In this document: positions 40,625-51,782 of the stretch, in pieces | How positions within the stretch are numbered: the first letter of the stretch is position 1 | Layout: each line of letters begins with the position of its first letter | DNA from: an uncultured Candidatus Rokubacteria bacterium | Lineage (GTDB): Bacteria; Methylomirabilota; Methylomirabilia; Rokubacteriales; CSP1-6 | Assembly: GCA_963754315.1 (NCBI GenBank) | Contig: CAVWFS010000003.1 | Location: 32,001-96,000 of the forward strand | Direction: 5' to 3' | DNA length: 64,000 nucleotides | The notes under the pieces: model-generated | Seen by the model: only the letters and a program-made list of their open reading frames with translations | What the model was told of the DNA's origin: nothing | Database searches by the model: none | Program-made: the position numbers and the translations under genes

Positions 40625-42499
40625 ATGAGAAAGCGGCTGTCGACCGTGACCGTGCTGGTCGCACTCGCGTGGGCCATCTCCGCCGGAGCGCAGTCGGGTA
40701 ACAAACCGGCGCCGCCCCCACCACCGTCGGAGACTCCGCTCTCCTTCAAGGTCCTCGTTGACCAGGTCGCCTCTCACTTTCCGGTCATCAAGACGGACGT
40801 CGTCGAGGTGACGGACGGTCGGGTGGTCCTGGCCGCGGGCCGCGCCGAGGCCATGCAGCCCGGCGTCGAGCTCGCCACATTCCGGGAAGGGCGGGAGCTG
40901 TATCACCCGACCACCAAGAAGCTTCTCGGCAAGACCGAGGAGCCCCTCGGACGGATCGTGGTCACGGAGGTCTTCGAGAACTACTCGGTGGCCACCCAGG
41001 CGGGCGGCAAGCCGCCCAAGGCCGGCGACCAGGCACGCGTATCGGCGGGGAAGATACTGCTCACCGTGGTCCCGCTATCCTCGGGCGTCTCCACCCGGGT
41101 GGTCGATGCGGCCACCCAGGAGATGACGCAGGAGCTGGATCGCACGGGGCGTTTCCGCATCGTGGTCGGCGACCAGGTTGCCGCCTACGTCAGCCAGGAG
41201 AAGATCGCCCCGGCCGACTTCTTGGATGGACGCGGGGTTCGCGCCGCTCAGGAGCGCTTCAAAGTCGCCCACATGTTGACCTTGCACTTCAGCACCGTCC
41301 AGGCCAAGCCCTGGATGGACGCGCGGCTGTTTTCCGGGGCGGCCGACACCGCGCTCATGCAGACCGCTCTTTCCGTTCCCACCTCGGTGGCCCGGCGCCC
41401 GACCCGCGATTACTCCTCGGGCGGGGCGGCGGGCGAGGTGAAGGTCGAGAAGCGGTCCTTGCTGGCCAAGCTCCTGTCCGGCGACTTCGATCCCCACCAG
41501 TACTCGGCGTCTGCGTCCTCGATCCCCATCAAGCATCTGGCCACCTATCCGTACACGGTGACGTCCATGGATGTGGTGACCGCCCCCAAAGACAAGGTTA
41601 CGCGCGTCGTGGTCACCGATGGGCGGCGGGTCTTCCTGTACAAGCTTGAGAACCAGACCCTGACCGGAGAGTGGACCTACGATCGGATGATGGTGGGGTC
41701 CATCCTCAACGTTCAGCTCGCTGACCTGAACGGGGACGGAGTCCTGGAGGTCATCGTCAACCGCCAGGATGTCAGGAACGGCATGCTCTCGTACATCCTG
41801 ACGACGCGGAACGACAAGCCGGTCGTCCTGGCCGAGGACATCTCCTACATCCTGCTCGCCGTCGACGAGAAGGGGGAGGGAGTGCCCCGCACCCTGTGGG
41901 GTCAGCGCTACAGCGACGAGAAGCTCTTCGGCAAGGGGGGCGCCAAGCGCTACGAGCTCAGGGAGAAGAACAAGGACATCCACCCGGTCGCTCCCGCCGT
42001 GGTGAACGAACAATTCCGGGCCTTGGGCGTGACCTTCTCCAACATCGCCGGCAAGGACCATCGCGTCATGGCCTTCGTGGACGAGCGCAGCCGGCTCGTC
42101 ATCGCCCAGGGGTCCGTGCAGATGTGGCGTTCGCTCACACCGGTGGGAGGTGGGCTGGCCAAGGCCCATATGCGGCAGGTCGTGTTCAACACGCACGTCG
42201 ACTCCTTCATCAACGTCGAGCCGCACCCCCTGTCGGTGGATCTGGACGGCGACGGGCACGAGGAGCTCGTGATTCCCATCAACCAGGATGAGGCCGGACG
42301 CATGGCCGTGGTGTTCAAGGGGCCGGCGGGCTTCCGGATGCAGGTGGTCAGCTCCGGCTTCGAGGGTCTCATCACGGGTTTGGGTGCCATCGCCAACGAG
42401 GGTGGGAGCCCGGCTCTGGTCGCGGCCGTGGTCAAGCGCTCGGGGCTCGTGTTCAAGGACTCGGGCGATACCCAGATCATCATGACAACCCCCGACTGA
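40625..42499 (+). CDS. Exported protein: HPxTG domain, alpha/beta domain and FG-GAP/VCBS repeats
   Basis: Signal peptide; FREGRELYHPTTKKLLG; ADLNGDGVLEVIV and VDLDGDGHEELV repeats; TG-G-TATAGT ends 7 nt before ATG. Confidence 0.85.
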   Translation: MRKRLSTVTVLVALAWAISAGAQSGNKPAPPPPPSETPLSFKVLVDQVASHFPVIKTDVVEVTDGRVVLAAGRAEAMQPGVELATFREGRELYHPTTKKLLGKTEEPLGRIVVTEVFENYSVATQAGGKPPKAGDQARVSAGKILLTVVPLSSGVSTRVVDAATQEMTQELDRTGRFRIVVGDQVAAYVSQEKIAPADFLDGRGVRAAQERFKVAHMLTLHFSTVQAKPWMDARLFSGAADTALMQTALSVPTSVARRPTRDYSSGGAAGEVKVEKRSLLAKLLSGDFDPHQYSASASSIPIKHLATYPYTVTSMDVVTAPKDKVTRVVVTDGRRVFLYKLENQTLTGEWTYDRMMVGSILNVQLADLNGDGVLEVIVNRQDVRNGMLSYILTTRNDKPVVLAEDISYILLAVDEKGEGVPRTLWGQRYSDEKLFGKGGAKRYELREKNKDIHPVAPAVVNEQFRALGVTFSNIAGKDHRVMAFVDERSRLVIAQGSVQMWRSLTPVGGGLAKAHMRQVVFNTHVDSFINVEPHPLSVDLDGDGHEELVIPINQDEAGRMAVVFKGPAGFRMQVVSSGFEGLITGLGAIANEGGSPALVAAVVKRSGLVFKDSGDTQIIMTTPD

Positions 42500-42555
42500 C
42501 CACCGTCTGGATGACCACTCTCTGAGTGACCGCCTCCGAGTGACGCTGCGACCGT
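42483..42555 (+). repeat. Degenerate 14-15-bp direct repeats with TGAC core
   Basis: TGAC at 42483, 42497, 42512, 42527 and 42541. Confidence 0.55.
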
Positions 42556-42577
42556 TCTTGCTGGTTCGAGTGTCTCC

Positions 42578-43873
42578 TTGAAGATCGACACTTCCCCCCC
42601 CCGTGGCATGCGCGACATCCTTCCCGAGGAGGTCGAGCTGCGCGATACCGCCATGGCGCGCATCCTCGAGGTCTACCGGCGCCATGGGTTTCGCCGCGTG
42701 GAGACGCCTGCCCTGGAAAGCCTGCGCCTGCTCACCGGCAGCCAAGGGGGAGAAAACGAGAAGCTGATCTTCAAGGTACTCAAGCGGGGCGATCGGCTGG
42801 CTGCCTCGACCGAAGAGAAAGAAGGGGCCGAGCTGGCCGATCTCGGCCTGCGCTTTGACCTCACGGTGCCCCTGGCCCGGTACTACGCCCACAACCACGC
42901 CAAGCTCCCCCAGCCCCTCAAGGCGATCCAGCTCGGCCCCGTCTGGCGGGCGGAGCGGCCGCAGCGGGGGCGCTTCCGCCAGTTTACCCAGTGCGACATC
43001 GACATCCTCGGCGTCCCCTCCGAGATCGCTGAGATCGAGCTGATCCTGGCTACCGTGGAGGCCCTGCTGACCCTTGGGCTCGGTGATCTGACGCTCCGGA
43101 TCAACGACCGCCGATTCCTGGTGGACATCGCCGAGCACTGTGGCTTCGCCTCCGATCGGTTCGAAAGCGTCTTCATCACGCTCGACAAGCTCGACAAGGT
43201 TGGGACCTCGGGGGTGCGGGCGGAGCTCGAGGCGGCTGGCCACCCCGCCGAGGCGGTCGCGAAGCTCATGAAGATCCTGAGCGACCCAGGGCTCGCGACG
43301 GGTGACGTCGATGATGTGCTCGAAGCGCTTCCGGTCGAAGGGGGAAGCGGGCCGGCCCGCGCTCTGAAGGCAGTGATGCGGGCCGTAGGGGCCGCCTCCC
43401 AAGGCCGCTTCGGCATCCAGTTCGATCCCACGCTCGTTCGTGGGATGGGGTACTACACGGGTCAGATCTTCGAGATCACCCACAAGGACTATCCCTCGTC
43501 GATCGCCGGAGGTGGTCGGTACGACCGGATGATCGGCAAGCTGCTGGGGCGCGAGGTGCCGGCCTGCGGCTTCTCCATCGGCTTCGAGCGCATCATCGCG
43601 ATCCTGCAGGAGCGCGCCGGCGGGCTCCCCGACCAAGGCCGACGCCTGGCCCTCGTCTTCGACCCCGCCGGCGACGACCTGGCCGAGGTGATGGTCGCTG
43701 CCGGTCGCCTGCGTGCTGAGGGATATCTCGTCTCGCTGCAAGTACGCGGCAAGCGGCTGCGCAAGCAGCTCGACGACCTGGCCGGCCACGGGTTCACGGC
43801 GTATGTGCTCTTCGGGACCCCCGAGATCCATGGGCTCGCGGCGGGGGTCGGGGAGCGGGCAACCTCGCGATGA
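42578..43873 (+). CDS. hisS: Histidine--tRNA ligase
   Basis: [59 protein letters not shown]. Confidence 0.97.
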   Translation: MKIDTSPPRGMRDILPEEVELRDTAMARILEVYRRHGFRRVETPALESLRLLTGSQGGENEKLIFKVLKRGDRLAASTEEKEGAELADLGLRFDLTVPLARYYAHNHAKLPQPLKAIQLGPVWRAERPQRGRFRQFTQCDIDILGVPSEIAEIELILATVEALLTLGLGDLTLRINDRRFLVDIAEHCGFASDRFESVFITLDKLDKVGTSGVRAELEAAGHPAEAVAKLMKILSDPGLATGDVDDVLEALPVEGGSGPARALKAVMRAVGAASQGRFGIQFDPTLVRGMGYYTGQIFEITHKDYPSSIAGGGRYDRMIGKLLGREVPACGFSIGFERIIAILQERAGGLPDQGRRLALVFDPAGDDLAEVMVAAGRLRAEGYLVSLQVRGKRLRKQLDDLAGHGFTAYVLFGTPEIHGLAAGVGERATSR

Positions 43874-43913
43874 CCGTTTGCCGACCTCGGGGATGACGGG
43901 CCCGTCGAGGCCG

Positions 43914-45710
43914 ATGCACGCGTACCGGAGCCTCACCTGCGGCGAGTTGCGTCCCCAGCACGTGGGGGCGACCGTTCGGCTATCCGGCTGGGTCCACCGC
44001 AAGCGCGATCACGGCAATCTGTTGTTCCTCGATTTGCGCGACACCTACGGCGTGACCCAGTGCGTGCTCGACGGAACCAGCCAGCATTTCCCGACGGCGA
44101 CCGGCCTGCGTTTGGAGACCGTGATCACCGTGACGGGCAAGGTGGTCGCTCGGGACGCCGACGCCGTCAACCCGAAGCTGGCCACGGGCGAGATCGAGAT
44201 GGTGGTCGAGGATCTGGCCGTCCAGTCGGTGTCCGAGACCCTTCCCCTCCAGATCAACAGCGAGGCGGAGTATCCGGAGGAGACGCGCCTGCGCTACCGG
44301 TTCCTCGATCTCCGGCGGGAGAAGCTTCATGGGAACATTCTCCTGCGCAGCCGGGTCATCGCGTCGATTCGACGGCGGATGATCGACGCGGGCTTCACGG
44401 AATTCCAGACTCCGATCCTCACCTCCAGCTCTCCGGAAGGCGCCCGCGACTATCTGGTGCCGAGCCGGATTCACCCGGGCAAGTTCTACGCATTACCCCA
44501 GGCCCCCCAGCAATTCAAGCAGCTCTTGATGGTGGCCGGCTTCGACCGCTACTTCCAGATCGCGCCCTGCTTTCGTGACGAGGACGGGCGAGCAGACCGC
44601 TCGCCAGGCGAGTTCTACCAGCTCGACTTCGAGATGTCGTTCGTGACCCAGGAGGATGTCTTCGCGGCCATCGAGCCGGTGCTGCACGGCGTCTTCGCGG
44701 AGTTCCGGCCCACCTGCACGATCACGCCACCACCCTTCCCCCGCATTGCCTATGACGAGGCCCTGGCCCGATACGGCAGCGACAAGCCCGACCTTCGCAA
44801 TCCCCTGATCATCGACGATGTCACCGGAGTGTTTCGAGAATCCGGGTTCGCGCTGTTCGCGACGGCCATCGCCGACAAGCACGCCGTCGTGCGCGGCCTG
44901 CGGGTACCCCGGGCCGGTGGTCAGCCGCGGAGTTTCTTCGACAAGCTGAACCAGTGGGCGCGCGAGCAGGGGGCGGGAGGTCTAGGGTACGTCGTGCTGG
45001 CGGAGGGTGCAGCGCGGGGGCCGATCGCGAAGTTTCTCGACGAGGGCCGCCTCGCCGAGCTTCGAGCGCGAACCGGCGCCGTGGACGGCGACGCGGTCTT
45101 CTTCGTGTGCGATCAGCGCCCGGCCGCCGACGCCTTTGCGGGACGCGTGCGGAACCGGCTCGGTGATGAGCTCGGCCTGATCGAGAACAACGTCTACCGG
45201 TTCTGCTGGGTGACGGACTTTCCCATGTACGAGCGGAACGAGGACACGGGGCGGATCGAGTTCAGTCACAATCCGTTCTCCATGCCGCAGGGGGGCCTCG
45301 AGGCCCTGGAGCATCAGGATCCATTGATCATCAAGGCCTACCAGTACGACATCGTGTGCAATGGCGTGGAGCTATCCAGCGGCGCCATCCGGAACCATCG
45401 GCCGGATATCATGTACAAGGCCTTTGCCATCGCCGGCTACAGCCGGGCCGAGGTGGAGGCGCGCTTCGGGGGGATGCTGAACGCCTTCAAGTACGGCGCC
45501 CCGCCGCACGGGGGATCGGCCCCGGGTATCGATCGGATCGTCATGCTCATCGCGGGCGAGAGCAACATCCGCGAGGTTATCGCGTTTCCCATGAACCAGA
45601 GCGCCCAGGACCTCATGATGCAAGCCCCCTCTGCGGTGCCGCCCGAGCGTCTGAAGGAGCTTCACATCCGGCTCGATCTACCCGTGGTAGACTTGCCCAA
45701 GGATTCGTAG
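43914..45710 (+). CDS. aspS: Aspartate--tRNA ligase (probably non-discriminating)
   Basis: [49 protein letters not shown]. Confidence 0.97.
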   Translation: MHAYRSLTCGELRPQHVGATVRLSGWVHRKRDHGNLLFLDLRDTYGVTQCVLDGTSQHFPTATGLRLETVITVTGKVVARDADAVNPKLATGEIEMVVEDLAVQSVSETLPLQINSEAEYPEETRLRYRFLDLRREKLHGNILLRSRVIASIRRRMIDAGFTEFQTPILTSSSPEGARDYLVPSRIHPGKFYALPQAPQQFKQLLMVAGFDRYFQIAPCFRDEDGRADRSPGEFYQLDFEMSFVTQEDVFAAIEPVLHGVFAEFRPTCTITPPPFPRIAYDEALARYGSDKPDLRNPLIIDDVTGVFRESGFALFATAIADKHAVVRGLRVPRAGGQPRSFFDKLNQWAREQGAGGLGYVVLAEGAARGPIAKFLDEGRLAELRARTGAVDGDAVFFVCDQRPAADAFAGRVRNRLGDELGLIENNVYRFCWVTDFPMYERNEDTGRIEFSHNPFSMPQGGLEALEHQDPLIIKAYQYDIVCNGVELSSGAIRNHRPDIMYKAFAIAGYSRAEVEARFGGMLNAFKYGAPPHGGSAPGIDRIVMLIAGESNIREVIAFPMNQSAQDLMMQAPSAVPPERLKELHIRLDLPVVDLPKDS

Positions 45711-45713
45711 GAG

Positions 45714-46703
45714 TTGAACGACACCACCGTCGTCACCCGCCGCCTGTCGCTGGCTCCCGACGTTGATCTTCTCCCTCTCCTCGGCCGCAACGACGACCAC
45801 CTGCGCACGCTCGAGTCAGAGCTGGAGGTGCGCGTGGTGGCGCGTGGTCACGATCTCACCTTGCGCGGAGAAGAGCGGCAGGTCAAGCTCGCGGAGCGTG
45901 CGTTGACCCAGCTCGCGGAGCTGGTTCGCTCGGGCGCGCACCTGCGGCCACCCGAGGTGCGGGCCGCGCTCCGCATGATCTCCGACGACGAGGAGGCGGA
46001 CCTCAAGGCTGTATTCACCGATGCCATCGCGGTCCCTTCCCGCAAGAAGCTCATTACCCCGAAGTCGCTCGGCCAGAAGCGCTACGTCGATGCCATCCGC
46101 ACCCACGACATGGTCTTCGCCATCGGCCCCGCCGGGACGGGCAAGTCCTTTCTGGCCGTGGCCATGGCCGTGGCCTCCCTCATGCGGCGCGAGGTGGCTC
46201 GCATCGTTCTGACCCGCCCTGCCGTGGAGGCAGGCGAGCGACTCGGCTTTCTACCGGGGGACCTCTACGAGAAGGTGCACCCGTTTCTGCGGCCGCTCTA
46301 CGACGCGCTCTACGACATGCTGGAGGCGGAAAAGGTCCAGGGCCTGATGGACAAGGGCGCCATCGAGGTGGCTCCGCTGGCGTACATGCGCGGCCGTACC
46401 TTGAACGATGCGTTCATCATCCTCGACGAGGCGCAGAACAGTACGGCCGAGCAGATGAAGATGTTCCTGACCCGTCTCGGCTTCAACTCCAAGATGGTGA
46501 TCACCGGGGACATCACCCAGATCGACCTGCCTACCTCGCGCGCCTCGGGCCTCATCGAGGCGCGCACGATCCTGGACGGCGTGCCCGGCATCAGCTTCGT
46601 CTATTTCGACGATCGCGATGTCGTGCGCCACCGGCTGGTCTCGGCCATCATCCGCGCCTACGACGCCCGCAGTGCCTCGCCCCGCCCGCCCGACGCGTCC
46701 TGA
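45714..46703 (+). CDS. phoH: PhoH-family ATPase (YbeZ-like)
   Basis: [50 protein letters not shown]. Confidence 0.95.
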   Translation: MNDTTVVTRRLSLAPDVDLLPLLGRNDDHLRTLESELEVRVVARGHDLTLRGEERQVKLAERALTQLAELVRSGAHLRPPEVRAALRMISDDEEADLKAVFTDAIAVPSRKKLITPKSLGQKRYVDAIRTHDMVFAIGPAGTGKSFLAVAMAVASLMRREVARIVLTRPAVEAGERLGFLPGDLYEKVHPFLRPLYDALYDMLEAEKVQGLMDKGAIEVAPLAYMRGRTLNDAFIILDEAQNSTAEQMKMFLTRLGFNSKMVITGDITQIDLPTSRASGLIEARTILDGVPGISFVYFDDRDVVRHRLVSAIIRAYDARSASPRPPDAS

Positions 46704-47164
46704 TGTCCACCCGTATCGACAATCATCAAGCGACCATTCCAGTGGATGCTCGGGCTCTCGGGCGGGCCGCGGAGCGAACCTTGGCCGCCGTGGGGCGCAG
46801 GGGGAGCGAGGTAGAGGTCGTCGTCGTCGACGATACTGTCATCCGCCGGCTCAATCACACCTATCGAGCGGTGGCGCGACGGACGGACGTGCTCGCCTTT
46901 CCGCTGGAGACGCCGGGTCTCGGAGGGTTGGTGGGCCAGATCGTGATCTCGGCCGAGACGGCCGCCCGCCAGGCAGCGCGCCTGGGTGTTCCCCTCGAGC
47001 TGGAGCTGTCGTTGCTGGTGACGCACGGCGTCCTGCATCTCGTCGGCTACGATGACCGGGACCCCGTGGAGGCCGACCTCATGCACCGCCGCGAGCGCGC
47101 GATCCTCGGCCAGGAGTCTCAGCGCGTTCCCGCCCGACTCTGGTCCGGCCTGCTTCGCGTGTGA
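46703..47164 (+). CDS. ybeY: rRNA maturation endoribonuclease YbeY
   Basis: LNHTYR...TDVLAFP, HGVLHLVGYDD (third His appears as Asp). Confidence 0.92.
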   Translation: MSTRIDNHQATIPVDARALGRAAERTLAAVGRRGSEVEVVVVDDTVIRRLNHTYRAVARRTDVLAFPLETPGLGGLVGQIVISAETAARQAARLGVPLELELSLLVTHGVLHLVGYDDRDPVEADLMHRRERAILGQESQRVPARLWSGLLRV

Positions 47165-48069
47165 ACACAAGCGGCGGTCAGCGCGCGGGCTTCGCCGCGC
47201 TCATCGGACGACCGAACGTGGGGAAGTCGACCTTGCTCAACCGGTTGGTGGGGGACAAGCTGGCCATCGTGTCGCCGCGGCCCCAGACCACCCGCAACCG
47301 GATCACCGGGATCCGGAATCTGCCCGGGGCTCAGATCGTGTTCGTGGACACTCCCGGTCTCGCCGAGGCGGGGGGGCCGCTCGGCCAATTCATGCGCGCC
47401 ACGGTAACGCGCGCGGTGGCGGAGGTCGACCTCGTCTGCGTGGTGGTGGACGCCTCCGACCCGGCGGCCCCCGCGCCCGAGATTGCGGCGACCGTGCGAA
47501 GCAGCCCAGTGCCCGTTTTCTGTGTTTTGAACAAGAGCGATCGGGTGAGACCGAAGAGCCGGCTCCTTACCCTCATCGACGTCTGGCGGCGGGTCCATCC
47601 GTTTCAGGAGATCTTGCCCATCTCTGCCCTCGACGGCACCAACTGTGACCGGTTGCTCGAGCTGATCGTGACGAGCCTGCCCGAACACCCGGCCCTGTTT
47701 CCCCCGGAGGCCACCAGCGATCAGCCCGAGACTTTCTACGTGGCCGAGATCATCCGGGAGAAGGTGTTCCGGCTGATCCGCGAGGAAGTCCCCTACGCCG
47801 TGGCCGTCCGCGTCGACGAGCTGACCGAGCGACCCCGGCCAGCGTGCCTCTACATCGCGGCGCGCATCTTCGTCGAGCAGGATTCCCAGCGGGGGATCCT
47901 CGTGGGGCACGCCGGCCAGATGCTGAAGCAGATCGGGACGGCCGCGCGCCAAGAGTTGGAGAAATTCTTCGGGATCAAGGTGTACTTGGCCCTGACCGTC
48001 CAGGTGCGCCGCCACTGGCGGAAGGATGCGCACGCACTGCGCGAGTTCGGATTCCGGCTCACGTCCTGA
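47161..48069 (+). CDS. era: GTPase Era
   Basis: GRPNVGKST, QTTR, DTPG, NKSD, EIIREK...EEVPY, KH domain. Confidence 0.97.
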   Translation: MNTSGGQRAGFAALIGRPNVGKSTLLNRLVGDKLAIVSPRPQTTRNRITGIRNLPGAQIVFVDTPGLAEAGGPLGQFMRATVTRAVAEVDLVCVVVDASDPAAPAPEIAATVRSSPVPVFCVLNKSDRVRPKSRLLTLIDVWRRVHPFQEILPISALDGTNCDRLLELIVTSLPEHPALFPPEATSDQPETFYVAEIIREKVFRLIREEVPYAVAVRVDELTERPRPACLYIAARIFVEQDSQRGILVGHAGQMLKQIGTAARQELEKFFGIKVYLALTVQVRRHWRKDAHALREFGFRLTS

Positions 48070-48070
48070 G

Positions 48071-48834
48071 ATGGCGCTTGGGCGATCGGCGGCCGTGGTC
48101 ATCGGGTCGTTTCCCCTGGGGGAGAGCGATCTGCTCGTGACCCTTTTCTCACGCCAGTACGGGAAGGTACGGGGCGTCGCTCGCTCCGCCCGCCGGATGC
48201 GCTCGCGTTTCGGGGGCGCCCTCGAGGTGTTCACCCTCGGCGAGCTGATCTTCTTCGACGGCGGGCGAGGCGACCTGGTCCAGATCGACCACTTCGACAT
48301 CGTGCGGCCCTTCGCCCGTCTGCGCGACGATCTCGAGCGGCTCGGCCAGGCGGCCTGGACGGCGGAGTGCGTGGCGCGTCTCACGGCGGAGCGAGACCCA
48401 CACCCCGTTGTGTATGGGCTCCTGGTGCGGGCGCTGACTACCATTGAGGCGGGAGGGATGCCCGCCCGTGCTGCCTCCACCTTTGGTGTGCGGTGTGTCG
48501 ATGCACTCGGCCATCGGCTGCGTCTGGACAGGTGTGTCTTGTGCGGGATCCCCCCGCGAACGGGCGGCGCCGCCCTCGACGTGACGAGCGGCGGCGTGGT
48601 GTGCGGGCGTTGCGCAGCGGCCACACCCGGCGCACTCGCCGTGTCCCCGGCCGCTCTGCATGCTCTCAGATGGCTGCGCACCTGCTCATGGCCGGAGGCG
48701 ATGGCGGCCGTGCTTCCTCCCATCGAGAGCGAACTGCGTCAGCTCCTCGACGCGCACGTCGCCCACCTGAGCGGTCAGTCCGCTCGAGCGTCGCGCTTCC
48801 TGCGTGAGGTCGACAAACTGGTGGGAGGTCCACG

Positions 48835-48838
<4 letters not shown>
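48071..48838 (+). CDS. recO: DNA repair protein RecO
   Basis: [25 protein letters not shown]...SRFGG, CVLCG...CGRC; era-recO-glyQS synteny. Confidence 0.93.
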
Positions 48839-49706
<868 letters not shown>

Positions 49707-49710
<4 letters not shown>

Positions 49711-51782
49711 GTCACGCGCTCCTCTTCGAGGTGGGAACGGAGGAGCTGCCGCCCTCGGAGTTGCCCGCCGTCGTTCGCGCCATGGAATCGATCGCGGTCC
49801 GCATGCTCGGCGAGGGGCAGGTGCGCTACGAGGACCTCCGCGTCTATTCCACGCCGAGGCGCCTGGCCCTGGCCGTGGCTGGGCTTGCCGAACGCCAGGA
49901 TCGACGAACGGTCACGGTGACCGGCCCCCCGAAAAAGGCTGCCTTCGACCCGAGCGGCGCCCCAACCAGAGCAGCGGAAGGCTTCGCGCGCGCCCAGGGG
50001 GTGCCCCTCGATCGGCTCAAGGTCGTCCCCACCGATCGCGGCGAATACCTCGCCGTGGAGCGCGAAGAGGGCGGGCACGCGACGGTCGACGTCCTGCCCC
50101 CGCTGCTCTTGCGGCTTGTGGCTTCGCTTCCCTTTGCCAAGCAGATGCGCTGGGAGCAAGATGGCGTACGCTTCTCGCGGCCGATCCGGTGGGTGCTGGC
50201 CTTGCTCGACCGCCATGTCTTGCCCGTGACCTTGGCGGGGTGTGAGGCTGGGCGTGTCACCTACGGGCATCGGTTCCTCGCTCCCGGTCCCATCCTGCTC
50301 GCGACACCCGACGAATACCTGCCGCGCCTGCAGGAGGCCCGGGTCATCGCGGACGTCGACGCGCGGCGGCAGGAGATCCGGCGTCAAATCGGAGATGCCG
50401 CCGGAGAGCGCGGATTCCAGCCTGTGATCGACGAGGCCACCCTGGAGGCGGTCGTGCACCTGGTCGAGGCGCCGATGGCGGTTGTGGGCTCGTTCGCGAA
50501 GGCCTTCCTCGAGCTGCCGCGGGAGGTTGTCGAGGCGCCCATTCGGCGTCATCAGCGGTGCTTCACCGCCCAGGCGCCGGACGGCAGCCTCCTGCCGTTC
50601 TTCGTAGCCGTCTCGAACATGCCGGGATGCGATCCAACCGAGATCCGTCGCGGCAACGAACGGGTGATCGGCGCGCGTCTGGCCGACGCGGACTTCTACT
50701 TCAGGGAGGATCTCAAGAGTACCCCCGAAGCGCGATTGGTCCCCTTGGGGACGATGGTCTTCCAGGAACGGCTGGGAAGCCTGCTCGAGAAGACGGAGCG
50801 GATGGAGGCCCTCACCGACTACCTGTCGGCGGGGCTGACCCCGGCCACCCGGTTCGCGGTGATGCGGGCCGCTCGGCTCTCGAAGACCGATCTGGCATCG
50901 GGGATGGTGCGCGAATTCCCAGAGCTCCAGGGCATCATCGGGGAAACCTACGCGCTGCGGGCCGGCGAGCTGCCGCCCGTGGGTCAGGCGATCCGCGAGC
51001 AGTATCTGCCGCGTGGCGCGGAGGACGAGCTCCCGACTTCGACCGAAGGTGTGATCCTCGCCATCGTGGACAAGATCGACACGGTCGTCGGGTGCATGGG
51101 CGTCGGCCTCGTGCCGACGGGCTCCCAGGATCCGTACGCCCTCCGCCGACAGGCCCAGGGCATCATCCAGGTCGCACTGGCGGCAGGGTTCGTCCTGTCC
51201 TTCACCGGCCTCGTCGATCGTGCCTTGAAACTGCTCGAGGGAAAGCTGACGGAGTCGGCCGAGGCCACACGGGGCCGCGTCCTCGAGTTCCTCCGGAGCC
51301 GCCTGGCCACGGTCATGGTGGGGCGGGGGCTTCGGGCCGATGTGGTAGAGGCGGTTCTGACCCAGGGCTTCGATGATCCCGTGGCCGCTCTCCAACGCGC
51401 GGAGGCGATCACTCGGTTCATGAGCCGGTCGGACTGGGAGGCGCTGGTCGTCGCGTTCAAACGCGCCATCAACATCCTGCCTGCCCGCGTCATCGCCGAT
51501 CCGGAGCCGGGACATTTCGTGGACGACGCCGAACGGCGCCTGTACGACCAGACACTCGCCGCCCGGCCGGTGGTGATGGATGCGCTCGGGCGAGGTGACT
51601 ACGAGACCGCGCTGACGGAGTTAGCCACCTTGCGTCCGGTCGTCGACCGATTCTTCGACGCGGTGATGGTGATGGACGCCGACCTGACCATTCGCGAAAA
51701 CCGCCTGGGGTTGCTCAGGGCGATTGCGGAACTGGTCCTGCCGATCGCCGATCTGAGAAAGATCCAGCCGGCAGCGCCGTAG
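49707..51782 (+). CDS. glyS: Glycine--tRNA ligase beta
   Basis: [20 protein letters not shown]...[29 protein letters not shown]. Confidence 0.97.

Noticed and set aside
41075..44002. 975-aa minus-strand ORF and other long antisense ORFs (e.g. 49683-51515, 62023-63690, 1202-2554)
   Set aside because: Shadow ORFs opposite recognisable genes, expected in high-GC DNA, with no motifs.
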